This document shows, piece after piece, positions 19,846 through 30,008 of a stretch of DNA of 64,000 nucleotides. How positions within the stretch are numbered: the stretch's first letter is position 1; the number at the start of each line of letters is the position of its first letter. The translations under genes were made by a program, and so were the position numbers. Location of the stretch: NCBI GenBank assembly GCA_043806135.1, contig JAZDHG010000031.1, positions 1,110 to 65,109 on the forward strand, in the 5' to 3' direction. Under the pieces are notes generated by a model. The model searched no databases. It had not been told where the DNA came from and saw only the letters and a list, made by a program, of their open reading frames with translations. The stretch comes from Candidatus Omnitrophota bacterium. GTDB lineage: Bacteria; Omnitrophota; Gorgyraeia; B26-G9.

Positions 19846-20520
19846 GTGCTTATGAGGATTGATGTTTTAACTTTATTTCCTGAGATGTTCAAATGTGTTT
19901 TAGGAGAATCAATCTTAAAGAGGGCCCAGGAAAAAAAGAAGGCACAGATTTTTATCTACAATCTGCGCGACTGGACGCATGATGCAAGGCGTACCGTGGA
20001 TGATAAACCATACGGCGGCGGTCCGGGAATGGTTATTAAACCGGAACCTGTGTTTGAGGCGTGTGATGAGCTTTGTAAAGAAAACACGCATGTTATTTTG
20101 CTTACACCGCAGGGGAAAAAATATAATCAGAAATTAGCCAAAAAAATACTCAAGTATGAACATGTTTTACTTATTTGCGGGCATTATGAAGGTTTTGATG
20201 AGCGCGTCCATTCACTTGCAGACGAGGAGATCTCGATAGGTGATTATGTTTTGACAGGCGGCGAAATACCGGCAATGGTCATTATTGATACTGTTGTGCG
20301 GCTTATTCCGGGAGTGCTCGGTGAAGTTTGTTCTCTCGACGATGAATCTTTCAATGACGGCCTTCTTGAGTATGCGCAGTATACCCGGCCTGCGATTTAT
20401 AGAAAAATGGAAGTTCCGGAGATATTATTATCCGGGGATCACAAAAGAATAGAAAAATGGCGTAAAACGGAATCTTTAAAAAGAACAAAAGCAAAGAGAA
20501 AAGATTTATTAAAAGATTGA
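19846..20520 (+). CDS. trmD: tRNA (guanine37-N1)-methyltransferase
   Basis: MRIDVLTLFPEMF is the TrmD N-terminus. The SPOUT knot region is GGEIPAMVIIDTVVRLIPGVLG. Confidence 0.95.
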   Translation: MLMRIDVLTLFPEMFKCVLGESILKRAQEKKKAQIFIYNLRDWTHDARRTVDDKPYGGGPGMVIKPEPVFEACDELCKENTHVILLTPQGKKYNQKLAKKILKYEHVLLICGHYEGFDERVHSLADEEISIGDYVLTGGEIPAMVIIDTVVRLIPGVLGEVCSLDDESFNDGLLEYAQYTRPAIYRKMEVPEILLSGDHKRIEKWRKTESLKRTKAKRKDLLKD

Positions 20521-20547
20521 TTAATGGTAGATCCCTTGCTTAAACAA

Positions 20548-20616
20548 AGGGGAAATTTTATTTTATAATTTCCCCTTAAGCTGCGGGATAAATTCTCCCG
20601 CCGAAGTGCGGCGGGA
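20548..20616 (+). terminator. Two stem-loops between trmD and rplS (AGGGGAAATT…AATTTCCCCT; TCCCGCCG-aagtg-CGGCGGGA)
   Basis: The inverted repeats are read directly. The second hairpin abuts the rplS RBS and may be an L19-leader-type structure. Confidence 0.4.
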
Positions 20617-20633
20617 TCATTAAGGAGGAAATA

Positions 20634-20990
20634 ATGGTAAAGAAGAAAAGCGATGAAACGAAAATAGCTAAGTTTGCGCCTGGCGATACCGTGAAAGTTC
20701 ATGTAAAGATCCAGGAAGAAGAAGGTAAAGTACGCATTCAGGTCTTTGAGGGAATAGTTATAAAAAAACGCGGCGGCGGAGCAGGCGAGACTTTCACCGT
20801 ACGCAGGTTGTCCTATGGTGAGGGAGTTGAGAGAATATTCCCTTTAAATTCACCGATCATTGATCGCATACAGGTTATACGTAAAGGTAAAGTACGCAGG
20901 GCAAGGCTATATTATTTAAGAGACAGAAAAGGTAAGAAGGCAAAGGTACTTGAGCAACAAGCGGAAGAGAAGCAAGAAGCCGAGGTATAA
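20634..20990 (+). CDS. rplS: 50S ribosomal protein L19
   Basis: [13 protein letters not shown]…[10 protein letters not shown]…[14 protein letters not shown] is the L19 signature. Confidence 0.95.
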   Translation: MVKKKSDETKIAKFAPGDTVKVHVKIQEEEGKVRIQVFEGIVIKKRGGGAGETFTVRRLSYGEGVERIFPLNSPIIDRIQVIRKGKVRRARLYYLRDRKGKKAKVLEQQAEEKQEAEV

Positions 20991-20995
20991 ATCCT

Positions 20996-21604
20996 GTGTG
21001 GGAGATAGAACAGGGGATTCTTGATAAAGGAATTAATATTATTGCCGGTGTTGATGAAGCCGGCCGCGGACCTTGGGCAGGTCCTGTAGTAGCAGCTGCG
21101 GTAATTATCCCTGCAGGATATGCTTTTAAAGAAAAGATTGCGGATTCTAAGAAACTGTCTTTACTTAAACGAGAAAAAGCTTTTAAGGAAATAACGGAAA
21201 ACTGCGATTATGCAATTGCGGTTGTAAGCGAAAAAGATATCGATAGAGAAAATATTTTAAGAGCCAGCCTTAAGGCCATGGCCATGGCCTTAAGCCGGCT
21301 AAAACAGTGCCCGCAATGGGTATTAGTCGATGGGCCTTATAAACCACCGATTGAAAATAATTGTACCCCAATCATTGATGGTGATGCCAAAAGCCTTTCT
21401 ATAGCCAGTGCGTCAATTGTAGCTAAAGTCACCAGAGATAACCTGATGCTTGAATATGATAAGCAGTACCCTGTGTACGGGTTTGCCAGCCATAAAGGAT
21501 ACGGGACAAAAGCCCACAGACAGGCAATTTTACAGTTTGGACCGTGTCCGATTCACCGTAAATCATTCCAGCCGATTAAAGGAATCCTTCAAAAATCCGC
21601 ATAA
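20996..21604 (+). CDS. rnhB: Ribonuclease HII
   Basis: IAGVDEAGRGPWAGPVV is the active-site DEAGRG. The gene begins with a GTG start. Confidence 0.9.
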   Translation: MWEIEQGILDKGINIIAGVDEAGRGPWAGPVVAAAVIIPAGYAFKEKIADSKKLSLLKREKAFKEITENCDYAIAVVSEKDIDRENILRASLKAMAMALSRLKQCPQWVLVDGPYKPPIENNCTPIIDGDAKSLSIASASIVAKVTRDNLMLEYDKQYPVYGFASHKGYGTKAHRQAILQFGPCPIHRKSFQPIKGILQKSA

Positions 21605-21671
21605 TCTTCTATGAAATCTAAAATATTCACGAATTAGCTTATAACATGTTGTATATAAATATGTTATGAGT

Positions 21672-21700
21672 TTGCATAATATTTAAAAGCATGGTATACT
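21672..21700 (+). promoter_or_regulatory. Sigma70-like promoter (TTGCAT-17-TATACT) upstream of the RSH-like gene
   Basis: Read directly: ttgcataatatttaaaagcatggtatact. Confidence 0.5.
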
Positions 21701-21767
21701 TTAAAACTTTAAATGATTCGAAAATAGGCAATTTTTGTAAATAAAACTGGAAGATTTTTAAAAGAAA

Positions 21768-24650
21768 ATGAAAAAAAAATTTAAAACCGCACATTTTTTT
21801 AAAATTATTGCCCTGGTGATTTTTTGGGGGTGTATTTCAGTGCAGACTTCTCTAGCGCAGGGAAAAATCTTTGATAGCCAAAACCTGTCGCCAACTGTTA
21901 ATTTTGATGCACAGTCTTTTCTGGAGACATATAGACAAACTTATTCCAGTGTTGATATAGATTTGCAATACGCTTCAGTAAGTGCTGAGGCTGTACAAAA
22001 AACAAGGCAGGAATTTCTTGAAAAAGAAATAAGAACTAACCTTGAGAAAAATCCCAAATACTCGCAAAAAGACAAGAATCTCTTTGAGAAAGTCCTGGAA
22101 ATAATTAAAAAAGAATATGCGGACAAGAAGTTTCCTAGCCCCTCTAATGAATTTTATTTACATCATACTTTGGAAGCTGCTTATCACTTAAGTGAGTGGG
22201 GTGCGCCTGTTGAAGCAATTGCCGCCGCAGCAATGCATCGGCTTAATGAACATCAAGTAAGCGAATTGTTTAAGAATGAGCCGAGTAGAAAAGAATTTGC
22301 GGAGATTTCCACTCTTATGCATAAATTTCTTTTTATAACAGATTTTTATTATGCAACCATGCCTTTTGAAGGGGGAGCTCATGATATACAGAATTTTATG
22401 AATGCAATAATCCAGGTTTCTGCCAAAGACAGGGCTAAGGGTGAGGTTGAACCGGATTACCGCATAATGCTGCTTGTCTTTGCCGATAAACTTGCCTCGA
22501 TAAGTTTTGCCTCAGAAATGGACCGTAATGAACTGATAAAAGAAATTGAAGAGATGTATGCTCCGCTGGCGGAACGTTTGGGATATTATGAGATACGAAA
22601 ACAGCTGCTCAATGAATCTTTTCGGCTTTCCCGTAACGCTGAATATAATCATATCAGAAAAATATTTAAAGATTATTTTGGGAAAGAATATGAAGATATG
22701 CAGGATTATTTAAGTGAAATCGAGAGGATGATAAAAAACAAAATAATTGAAAACTACGGAGAGGTGGACAGCGCAACCTTAAAGGTCAGCGCTCGTGTAA
22801 AGGGATTGTATGAAATTGCCGAAAAATTGATAAAAGTCGGATCTATCGAAAATATGTCTGATATTTTAGGGATACGTATTGTCTGTGACTGTAAGCCGGA
22901 AATGCTTTATCAATATTCTGATTTAGTCAGAGAAAATCTGGGGAGATGGTTTGAAAAAGAGTATGATCAGCGTAAAAATGAAATGCCTACAAAACGTCCT
23001 CAGGGTGCGATATATATTGATCTAAAAAAAGAAGAGACGACAGACGCACTTACCTATGAAGTGCAGATTCTGACAAAACAGTTTCATGAAGGGCGAGAAC
23101 GTTCAAGAGCGCATTGGTCTTATAAATTGTCGAAAAAAACAGGCCAGAAATTTGACCAGACCGAGATGTATGCTCCTACAGGAGACCTTGAGAGTGATTT
23201 CAACCGAGTTTTTTACGAACTTTCAGATTGGGTTTTTGTTTTTGTTCAATCAAAAGGAAAAGGCGGTAGAATGTTTCTGCGCACAAAAAGACTTCCAAAA
23301 GGCGCTATAGTTGCAGACATTGCTGCTTTGCCTAACGTAGATTTGCTCAATACCGATTTTAGCGGAGCTAAACTCTATGACTGGCAGAAGAGCGTATTTT
23401 ATGAGCGCAGCTTACCCGGCGGTTCCTTACCATCAATAGATTATGTTTTACAGTCAGGAGATATTTTGGTTATAGAAAACAACGGACAAATTAAAAGCCC
23501 TCATTTACTGCGTCTTCGAGAAAAAGCAAAGACTTTAAGGGCGCAGATGATGATCAATCTAATGGAACTTGAAAAAGAACTTCCATCAAGCAGCCGTGAG
23601 AAATTCGTTTTTTCCGGTGAGACAAGCCTAAAACATAAACTAGAAGAAGCTGGTATTGCCTTTGAAAGGAACAGGGCTGTTCAGGCTTTCCTGGATTCAT
23701 TTGCGCATGCACAGGGGCTGCGTGACAGGGAAGAATTATATGTAGCTTTGACATACTGTTCTTGGAAAATGAGTATTAGTAAAATTATTGAAGAGGCTAA
23801 GCTTCAGGGGGAATCCTTACTTAAGAAAAAATTTCTTGAACAAGAAACGGATCTTGACGATTTTGTCCTCGGACAGATCGCACGAGGATTCGGAATTGAT
23901 TCCCGGGATATTTTTTTCCTGCATGTAGGTACCGGGCAGATTACAGACCGTGATCTAGAGTTGAAAATGTATAAAATCAATTTCAAGCCCGAGGGAATAT
24001 TAGATGTTCGTTTAAGTAAATTATTTCAATTTACAGTAACTATGCCGCGAGAAAAACTGTCTTCGCAGAAAATAAGAAAATTAGTGGATAATATTGAACA
24101 ATTACTTAATGATCAAGGGCTAAAGGACCCCCAAGAGAGAATAAAACTGCCGAAGCTTAAGCGGAAAAACGATGTCATTAAAATTGTGTTTTCAGCAAAA
24201 ACCAGAAATGAGATTAAAGCAGCCGAATTACAGAGAGATTTAATTAAATTGCTACGGGTCAAGGAAAGTGAAGTTGAGTTTGAAGAGTTTTATAACGGAA
24301 GAAAGCAAGCTAGCCAGTGGGCCATGGTACTGCAGTTTGCTCATTATGGACAGGAGACATCAGAACTTACGCAATATATTATGGATGAAATAAAAAGCTG
24401 GAGTCCGCTAAGTAGCCTGCTTAAATTTGATATTGAAGAAGAAATTACTGAAAATGGCATTAAGATAATTGAGGTGAGTGCAGTCATTGCTACTGATCTT
24501 GAGCACAGTTATATTGCCCAGAAGATAGCTGCACTAAAAAATAGTCATTCGATTAAGACAACAAGCGCGGATACCGTTTATTATCAGGCAGATGTTTTAA
24601 ATGCAATACATGCTACTGATCTTGTTTTGGCCATTGAGTCTTCCATTTAA
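21768..24650 (+). CDS. Long RelA/SpoT-homologue (RSH) protein with N-terminal signal/anchor segment and degenerate HD (hydrolase) motif
   Basis: The synthetase-domain motifs are SARVKGLYEI, DILGIRIV and YEVQILTKQFHE…RAHWSYK. A TGS-like segment runs FVFVQSKGKGGRMFLRTKRLPKGAIVADIA…GDILVIE, and a C-terminal regulatory region follows. The N-terminus is hydrophobic, MKKKFKTAHFFKIIALVIFWGCISVQTSLAQG. The HD position reads AAAAMHRLNEH, so no HD dyad is present. Confidence 0.7.
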   Translation: MKKKFKTAHFFKIIALVIFWGCISVQTSLAQGKIFDSQNLSPTVNFDAQSFLETYRQTYSSVDIDLQYASVSAEAVQKTRQEFLEKEIRTNLEKNPKYSQKDKNLFEKVLEIIKKEYADKKFPSPSNEFYLHHTLEAAYHLSEWGAPVEAIAAAAMHRLNEHQVSELFKNEPSRKEFAEISTLMHKFLFITDFYYATMPFEGGAHDIQNFMNAIIQVSAKDRAKGEVEPDYRIMLLVFADKLASISFASEMDRNELIKEIEEMYAPLAERLGYYEIRKQLLNESFRLSRNAEYNHIRKIFKDYFGKEYEDMQDYLSEIERMIKNKIIENYGEVDSATLKVSARVKGLYEIAEKLIKVGSIENMSDILGIRIVCDCKPEMLYQYSDLVRENLGRWFEKEYDQRKNEMPTKRPQGAIYIDLKKEETTDALTYEVQILTKQFHEGRERSRAHWSYKLSKKTGQKFDQTEMYAPTGDLESDFNRVFYELSDWVFVFVQSKGKGGRMFLRTKRLPKGAIVADIAALPNVDLLNTDFSGAKLYDWQKSVFYERSLPGGSLPSIDYVLQSGDILVIENNGQIKSPHLLRLREKAKTLRAQMMINLMELEKELPSSSREKFVFSGETSLKHKLEEAGIAFERNRAVQAFLDSFAHAQGLRDREELYVALTYCSWKMSISKIIEEAKLQGESLLKKKFLEQETDLDDFVLGQIARGFGIDSRDIFFLHVGTGQITDRDLELKMYKINFKPEGILDVRLSKLFQFTVTMPREKLSSQKIRKLVDNIEQLLNDQGLKDPQERIKLPKLKRKNDVIKIVFSAKTRNEIKAAELQRDLIKLLRVKESEVEFEEFYNGRKQASQWAMVLQFAHYGQETSELTQYIMDEIKSWSPLSSLLKFDIEEEITENGIKIIEVSAVIATDLEHSYIAQKIAALKNSHSIKTTSADTVYYQADVLNAIHATDLVLAIESSI

Positions 24651-24704
24651 TCCTGTTTTACTAATTTTTCAATAAAGTTCACTTTTAAAATTCTATATGT
24701 TATA

Positions 24705-25106
24705 ATGTTACATATGGAAAATAAAAATAAACAGTGGCCTAAGGAAAAGGCGGAAAAACACCTTAAAATCAGTGCGGCATTGATCATTGTTGGCGGGATT
24801 GCCGGACTGATCATGGCTATTGATGATTTTGTTACTTTAGGTACACGTGTAAGTACATTTATATTGCCCTACGCCTATAATATTACGGCTATTGCGGTAT
24901 CCTTATTTCAGATATCTCTTGGGATTGCCTGGCTTGAAAAAAAATTATGGAGTAGATACGCTGTTTTTGTTGTTATTGCCCTAAGGTTTATGTTCTCTTT
25001 TTATGATAATGCCGAGGCCTGGCAGGCAATAATTTTGTTAATTTACATATTATATGTGATTCCGTTCTCGAAAATAGGCGGATTATTTAAGAAAAAAGCG
25101 TATTGA
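24705..25106 (+). CDS. Hypothetical small integral membrane protein
   Basis: The 133-aa product has 3-4 predicted transmembrane helices. No recognised motif is present, and the start codon is uncertain. Confidence 0.5.
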   Translation: MLHMENKNKQWPKEKAEKHLKISAALIIVGGIAGLIMAIDDFVTLGTRVSTFILPYAYNITAIAVSLFQISLGIAWLEKKLWSRYAVFVVIALRFMFSFYDNAEAWQAIILLIYILYVIPFSKIGGLFKKKAY

Positions 25107-25158
25107 AGGGCATAAATGCTTTTCTTGACAAATATAAGCGCTTAAGGTACAATTTTAC

Positions 25159-25713
25159 ATGAATAAAGGAAAAATTAGAGACGAAATTCTTAAGCTCTTA
25201 AAAGAGCAAAGAGAGGAGTTAAGACAGAAAAAGAGTTTTCAGATTAAAAAAAAATTATTTTCACAAACTCTGTTTTTACAGTCAGATACAGTAATGTTTT
25301 ATATAGCAAAAAGAGAAGAAGTAGATACAACAGGTATGATTGAGGATGCGCTTAAATTAGGGAAAAAGGTGGTTGTTCCAATGATTTTGGAAAAAGAAAA
25401 AAAGATAATCCCTTCACAGCTTATAAATCCGAAAAAGGAGCTGGAAAAGGGTCTGTATGGGATCTATCAACCCAAAAAGCAGTTTATGAGAAAAGTATTG
25501 CTTAAAACCATTGATCTAGTTATTGTCCCAGGTGTGGCTTTTGACCGAACAGGAAATCGCTTGGGACGCGGGGGGGGACACTTTGATAGATTCCTGTCAA
25601 AATTCACAAGACGTAATGTGCCGATATTCGGCCTTGCGTTTAAAATCCAAATCTTGAACAAACTTCCTGTCTTGAAACACGATATCCCTGTCAATAAGCT
25701 GATCTTCGCCTAA
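25159..25713 (+). CDS. 5-formyltetrahydrofolate cyclo-ligase (MTHFS)
   Basis: VVPGVAFDRTGNRLGRGGGHFDRFL is the 5-FCL family signature. Confidence 0.8.
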   Translation: MNKGKIRDEILKLLKEQREELRQKKSFQIKKKLFSQTLFLQSDTVMFYIAKREEVDTTGMIEDALKLGKKVVVPMILEKEKKIIPSQLINPKKELEKGLYGIYQPKKQFMRKVLLKTIDLVIVPGVAFDRTGNRLGRGGGHFDRFLSKFTRRNVPIFGLAFKIQILNKLPVLKHDIPVNKLIFA

Positions 25714-25798
25714 ATTTTAGGCACAAACTGCTGTCTGCTTCTTACCTTTTGATTAATGTCACGGAGGAAGTGCAACTTAAGGAGGTGGAGATTAGACT

Positions 25799-27358
25799 AT
25801 GAATACTTTAAATATAATAATTGGAGTAACAAGTGCGGTAATCTTTTTTATATTGGGATATTTTTTTAGACTTTTCGGCGCGGCAAAGAAAGTGCAAAGT
25901 GCCGAAGAAAAAGCAAAAATAATCCTGGAGGAAGCAGAACGTCAGGTAATGGCTAAAAAGAAGGAAGCAATCCTGGAAGCCAAAGATCTTCTTTATAAAA
26001 CAAGAATTGAATTTGAAAAAGAATCCCAAGGCAGGCGCCAGGAGTTACTAAACATTGAACGCAGGCTGATCAGCAGAGAGGAAAACCTGGACAGAAAGGT
26101 CGACCTTTTAGAGAAAAAGGAAAGAGAAGTAAGCAATAAGGCAAAGGTTTTAAGCGACAAGGAAAAAGAAAACCAGGAAAGGCAAAATGAGCTTAACCAG
26201 CTGATTTTGGAAGAAAAAGAGCGTCTGCAGAAAGTCTCCGGACTTAGCAGCGAAGAAGCGAAAAAAATACTCCTAAAACATATGGAGGGCGAGATTAGAT
26301 ATGATGCTAATCTCATGATAAAAAGAATTGAGCAGGAAGCAAAGGATGTTGCTGATAAAAAAGCAAAGCAGATCATCAGCTTGGCAATTCAGCGCTGCGC
26401 GGCTGAGCATACCGTAGAATCAACAGTTAGCGTAGTTAGTCTGCCCAGTGATGATATGAAGGGAAGAATTATCGGGCGCGAAGGACGTAATATAAGATCT
26501 CTTGAAGTAGCAACAGGCGTGGATATTATTATTGATGATACTCCTGAGGCAGTAACCCTTTCTGGATTTGATCCGATTAAAAGAGAGATTGCCAGACTCT
26601 CACTGGAGCGTCTTATTGCAAACGGACGGATACACCCGGCCCGTATAGAAGAAGTTGTCGGCAAAATAAAAAAGGAAATGGACCAGAGCATAAAAGAAGA
26701 AGGAGAAAAAGCTTCTTTTGATGTCGGCGTGCAGAGGATACACCCGGCGATAATCAAACTTTTAGGCCGTTTAAAATATAGAACAAGCTATGGCCAGAAT
26801 GTGCTGCAGCACTCTAAAGAAGCGGCATTTATAATGGGATTGCTTGCCGGACAGCTTGAGCTTGATATTACACTGGCAAAAAGAATCGGTTTTTTCCATG
26901 ATCTGGGAAAAGCTGTGGACCATGAGCTGGAGGGAACACATGCGGCGATAGGGGCTGAGCTGGCAAGAAAATACGGCGAGAATCAGACCGTAGTGGATGC
27001 AATTGCGGCGCATCATGATGAAGCTGAGTCTAACTCCATTTATGGAATACTTGTACAAGCAGCTGATGCAATAAGCGCAACAAGACCTGGTGCTCGCCGG
27101 GAAACCCTGGAGATATATATTAAACGCCTTGAAAAACTGGAAGCAATTGCCGATTCATTCAAAGGCGTGGATAAGGCTTTTGCTATACAGGCCGGCCGTG
27201 AGATCAGGGTTATTGTTAATCCGGATAAGGTGGGGGACCAGGAAGCAACGATCCTTGCCAGGGATATTACCAAGAAGATCGAGAATGAACTTGAATACCC
27301 AGGTCAGGTAAAAGTAACAGTGATCCGGGAAAAGCGGATTGTTGAATTCGCAAAATAG
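25799..27358 (+). CDS. rny: Ribonuclease Y
   Basis: The product has an N-terminal transmembrane helix and coiled coil. The KH domain is [25 protein letters not shown], and an HD domain follows. The length is 519 aa. Confidence 0.9.
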   Translation: MNTLNIIIGVTSAVIFFILGYFFRLFGAAKKVQSAEEKAKIILEEAERQVMAKKKEAILEAKDLLYKTRIEFEKESQGRRQELLNIERRLISREENLDRKVDLLEKKEREVSNKAKVLSDKEKENQERQNELNQLILEEKERLQKVSGLSSEEAKKILLKHMEGEIRYDANLMIKRIEQEAKDVADKKAKQIISLAIQRCAAEHTVESTVSVVSLPSDDMKGRIIGREGRNIRSLEVATGVDIIIDDTPEAVTLSGFDPIKREIARLSLERLIANGRIHPARIEEVVGKIKKEMDQSIKEEGEKASFDVGVQRIHPAIIKLLGRLKYRTSYGQNVLQHSKEAAFIMGLLAGQLELDITLAKRIGFFHDLGKAVDHELEGTHAAIGAELARKYGENQTVVDAIAAHHDEAESNSIYGILVQAADAISATRPGARRETLEIYIKRLEKLEAIADSFKGVDKAFAIQAGREIRVIVNPDKVGDQEATILARDITKKIENELEYPGQVKVTVIREKRIVEFAK

Positions 27359-27411
27359 ATTAGCTGATTTGCTCATGAGCTCATGAGCTGATGAGCTGAG
27401 GTTTTAAGCTT

Positions 27412-28200
27412 ATGAAGATATTAATGATCGGTGACATAGTAGGAGAGCCGGGAAGACGTGCGGTAAGTAAAGGCATTGCTTCTTTAAGGGAGCGCGAGCA
27501 AATAGATTTTGTGATCGCCAATGCGGAAAACTCTGCGGCTGGCTCAGGCATAACCGCTAAAATTTACAATGAACTTATCAGCTGCGGGGTTGATGTGCTT
27601 ACCTCAGGAGATCATGTTTTTAAGAAAAAGGAAATAGTCGAGATATTGAATTTCCACGAAAGATTGATCAGGCCGGCTAATTACCCGGATGAGGTTCCGG
27701 GCAGCGGATACGTTATAGTCCGGGCTTCCAACGGAGAAAAAGTAGGCGTGATCAATGTAAACGGCAGAGTTTTTATGGAGCCGCTGGATTGTCCTTTCCG
27801 TAAAGCGCAAGAGCTTATAAAAAAAATCAAACAGGAAACGCAGATTATAATTGTTGATATCCATGCAGAGGCAACCAGTGAAAAAGTTGCCATGGGATGG
27901 TATCTTAACGGCCAGGTAAGCGCTGTATTGGGAACGCATACCCATGTGCAAACTGCAGATGAGCGCATACTTCCCGAAGCTGACCATACAGCCTACATTA
28001 CGGATGTGGGCATGAGCGGTCCGATTGATTCGGTAATAGGCAGAAAAATTGAGCAGATACTTCCGAGATTCTTAAATCATATTCCAATGAGATTTGAAGT
28101 TGCCGATAAAAATGTGCAGCTGCAGGGAGTCCTTATGGAAGTAGACCCAGTGAGCGGGAAAGCGAAGTCGATTAAAAGAGTTAAGGAGAGCATTACTTAG
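27412..28200 (+). CDS. YmdB-family metallophosphoesterase (2',3'-cAMP phosphodiesterase-like), partner of rny
   Basis: MKILMIGDIVGEPGRRAV matches the N-terminus of the TIGR00282 family. The gene is adjacent to rny. Confidence 0.8.
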   Translation: MKILMIGDIVGEPGRRAVSKGIASLREREQIDFVIANAENSAAGSGITAKIYNELISCGVDVLTSGDHVFKKKEIVEILNFHERLIRPANYPDEVPGSGYVIVRASNGEKVGVINVNGRVFMEPLDCPFRKAQELIKKIKQETQIIIVDIHAEATSEKVAMGWYLNGQVSAVLGTHTHVQTADERILPEADHTAYITDVGMSGPIDSVIGRKIEQILPRFLNHIPMRFEVADKNVQLQGVLMEVDPVSGKAKSIKRVKESIT

Positions 28201-28360
28201 AGGGACACCCCGGCATATCTAAATGCTTTGCTGATTCTCAAAATATCCCACTTTTTCAAAAACTATTGAAAACTTATCTGTGCACTGTATAATAGTTTAT
28301 GCTATCCTTGTTTAAAAATTTCAAATCAAGGGACTGTTGCGAAACACAGTCCTACACAGA

Positions 28361-28450
28361 ATAACACAGATTAAAGACACGAGATTATCACAGATTATCG
28401 ATGAGCATTTTGTGATTATCAATGAAATATCTGCTATTATCTGTGCGTTT
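28361..28450 (+). promoter_or_regulatory. Array of CACAGA(TTA)/GATTATC repeats upstream of the V-ATPase operon
   Basis: The stretch reads cacagaataacacagattaaagacacgagattatcacagattatcgatgag…gtgattatcaatg…ctattatctgtg. Several copies sit at ~10-bp spacing. It contains the complement of the TAATCTGTG motif seen in the 52-nt repeat. Confidence 0.4.
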
Positions 28451-28539
28451 TTATTGTTTTGCAACAGAGCCATAAAATAACGTATGATGTTATAGAATTT
28501 ATTGATTATTAAACCCTGATTTTAAAAAAGAGGTGAAAA

Positions 28540-29166
28540 ATGTCGGATAAACTGGAAAAGCTTACTAAACAGATATATGAAGAGGGCGTAGGAAAGGCTA
28601 AAGAAGAGGCGGAAAATATTATTAAAGCGGCTGAGGCGGAAAAGAGAAAGATCCTGCGCGCAGCAAGAGTTGAGGCACAGGATATAGCCAATGTCGCCAA
28701 GAAAGATGCGGAGGAGCTTAAAAACAGGGTAGCTTCTGAGGTGCGTATGGCGAGCTCGCAGTCACTGGCCTTGCTAAGGCAGAAAATAACCGAACTTATA
28801 TGTGTAAAAGTATCCGAGTCTTCAGTTAATGGCTTATTCGATGATCCGGATTTTTTGAAAAATATGCTTGAAACTGTTATGAAGGAGTGGATGGCTAGCG
28901 GATGTCAAAGAGGCCAGGCCTTTTATATAACACTTCCCAAGAAGATGCAGGGAGAGATCCAGGATTATTTCCTGGAGAAGGGTAAAAAAGAGCTGGATAA
29001 TAAACTGGAGATCGAATTTGACGAAAAGATCAAAAGCGGCTTTGTGATCAGTCCTAAAGACGGCAGCTATAGGATCGGTTTTACAGAAGAAGATTTTAAG
29101 GCTCTTATAGAATATTTTTTGCGTCCGCATATAAAGAAATTTCTTTTTAAGGATGAAACTAAATAA
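28540..29166 (+). CDS. atpE: V/A-type ATPase subunit E
   Basis: The 208-aa product has a coiled-coil N-terminus and a globular C-terminus. It is the first gene of the E-x-A-B-D-I-K cluster. Confidence 0.75.
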   Translation: MSDKLEKLTKQIYEEGVGKAKEEAENIIKAAEAEKRKILRAARVEAQDIANVAKKDAEELKNRVASEVRMASSQSLALLRQKITELICVKVSESSVNGLFDDPDFLKNMLETVMKEWMASGCQRGQAFYITLPKKMQGEIQDYFLEKGKKELDNKLEIEFDEKIKSGFVISPKDGSYRIGFTEEDFKALIEYFLRPHIKKFLFKDETK

Positions 29167-29990
29167 TGAGTAGACAGTATTATTATCTTATTGCATCACT
29201 TGGGCAGTTGCGCCTTGATGATTATAAAGAGCCTTACCGCGTGGATGAGTTTGTTTCGGAACTTCATAAAAACCTTACACCTGTTCATAGCGGGTATGTG
29301 CGGGATATACTGCGTATCTATGATAATGCGCACATCGTCGACTGCATGCTGGAAAACCAGAAACCATGGTTATTATGCAAAGGCAACTGGACATTTGATG
29401 AGCTTAAGAAAAAAATGCCTTTTAATGAATACGATACGGATGCTTATATAGCTTGTTTTATGAAAGAGTTTAATAGGCTTAAACAAAATACCCAGAAAAT
29501 TTCAAGAGCTGATATCGAAAAAGTGATTTGGCATATTTTTTACTCTAAAATGGTAAATCATGATAACGCCTTTATCCGCCGTTACTTCTCTTTTGACCTG
29601 GAACTAAAGAATGTTCTGGCAAGTTTTAATAAGCGGAAATTTAGTCTTTCAGAGGATATCCTGATGCGTGTAAGCGATAGTGGAATAATGGACAAATTAA
29701 GTTCTTCAACGGCTAATGACTTTGGATTGTCCAAAGAGCTGGAGTATATCCCGGGATTACTAGATGCTTTTTTAAAGAAAGACAGCGTTAATATCGAAAA
29801 ATTTACAGACCAGCTGCGTTGGGACATGATCGACCAGATAAACTCGCTTGTGTATTTTCAGATCGATGTTTTGCTGGGATATCTTATTAAACTGATGCTT
29901 GTAGAGCGTTGGATTTCTCTTGATGAGGTTACAGGCAAAGAGAGTTTTCAAAAAATCATGGAGATTAAAACAGAAGAAGTATATCAGTAG
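29166..29990 (+). CDS. Hypothetical protein conserved in V-ATPase operons (position of the Chlamydia-type uncharacterised subunit; possible C/d analogue)
   Basis: The call rests on context only, between atpE and atpA. The 274-aa product is start-stop overlapped with atpE. Confidence 0.4.
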   Translation: MSRQYYYLIASLGQLRLDDYKEPYRVDEFVSELHKNLTPVHSGYVRDILRIYDNAHIVDCMLENQKPWLLCKGNWTFDELKKKMPFNEYDTDAYIACFMKEFNRLKQNTQKISRADIEKVIWHIFYSKMVNHDNAFIRRYFSFDLELKNVLASFNKRKFSLSEDILMRVSDSGIMDKLSSSTANDFGLSKELEYIPGLLDAFLKKDSVNIEKFTDQLRWDMIDQINSLVYFQIDVLLGYLIKLMLVERWISLDEVTGKESFQKIMEIKTEEVYQ

Positions 29991-30008
29991 AATATTTGTG
30001 GAGGAACC

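Noticed and set aside
28385-28425. CRP/FNR-type operator (TGTGA…TCACA)
   Set aside because: The half-sites occur as TCACA…N18…TGTGA, which is the wrong relative orientation and spacing. The region is better described as an array of CACAGATTA/GATTATC direct repeats.
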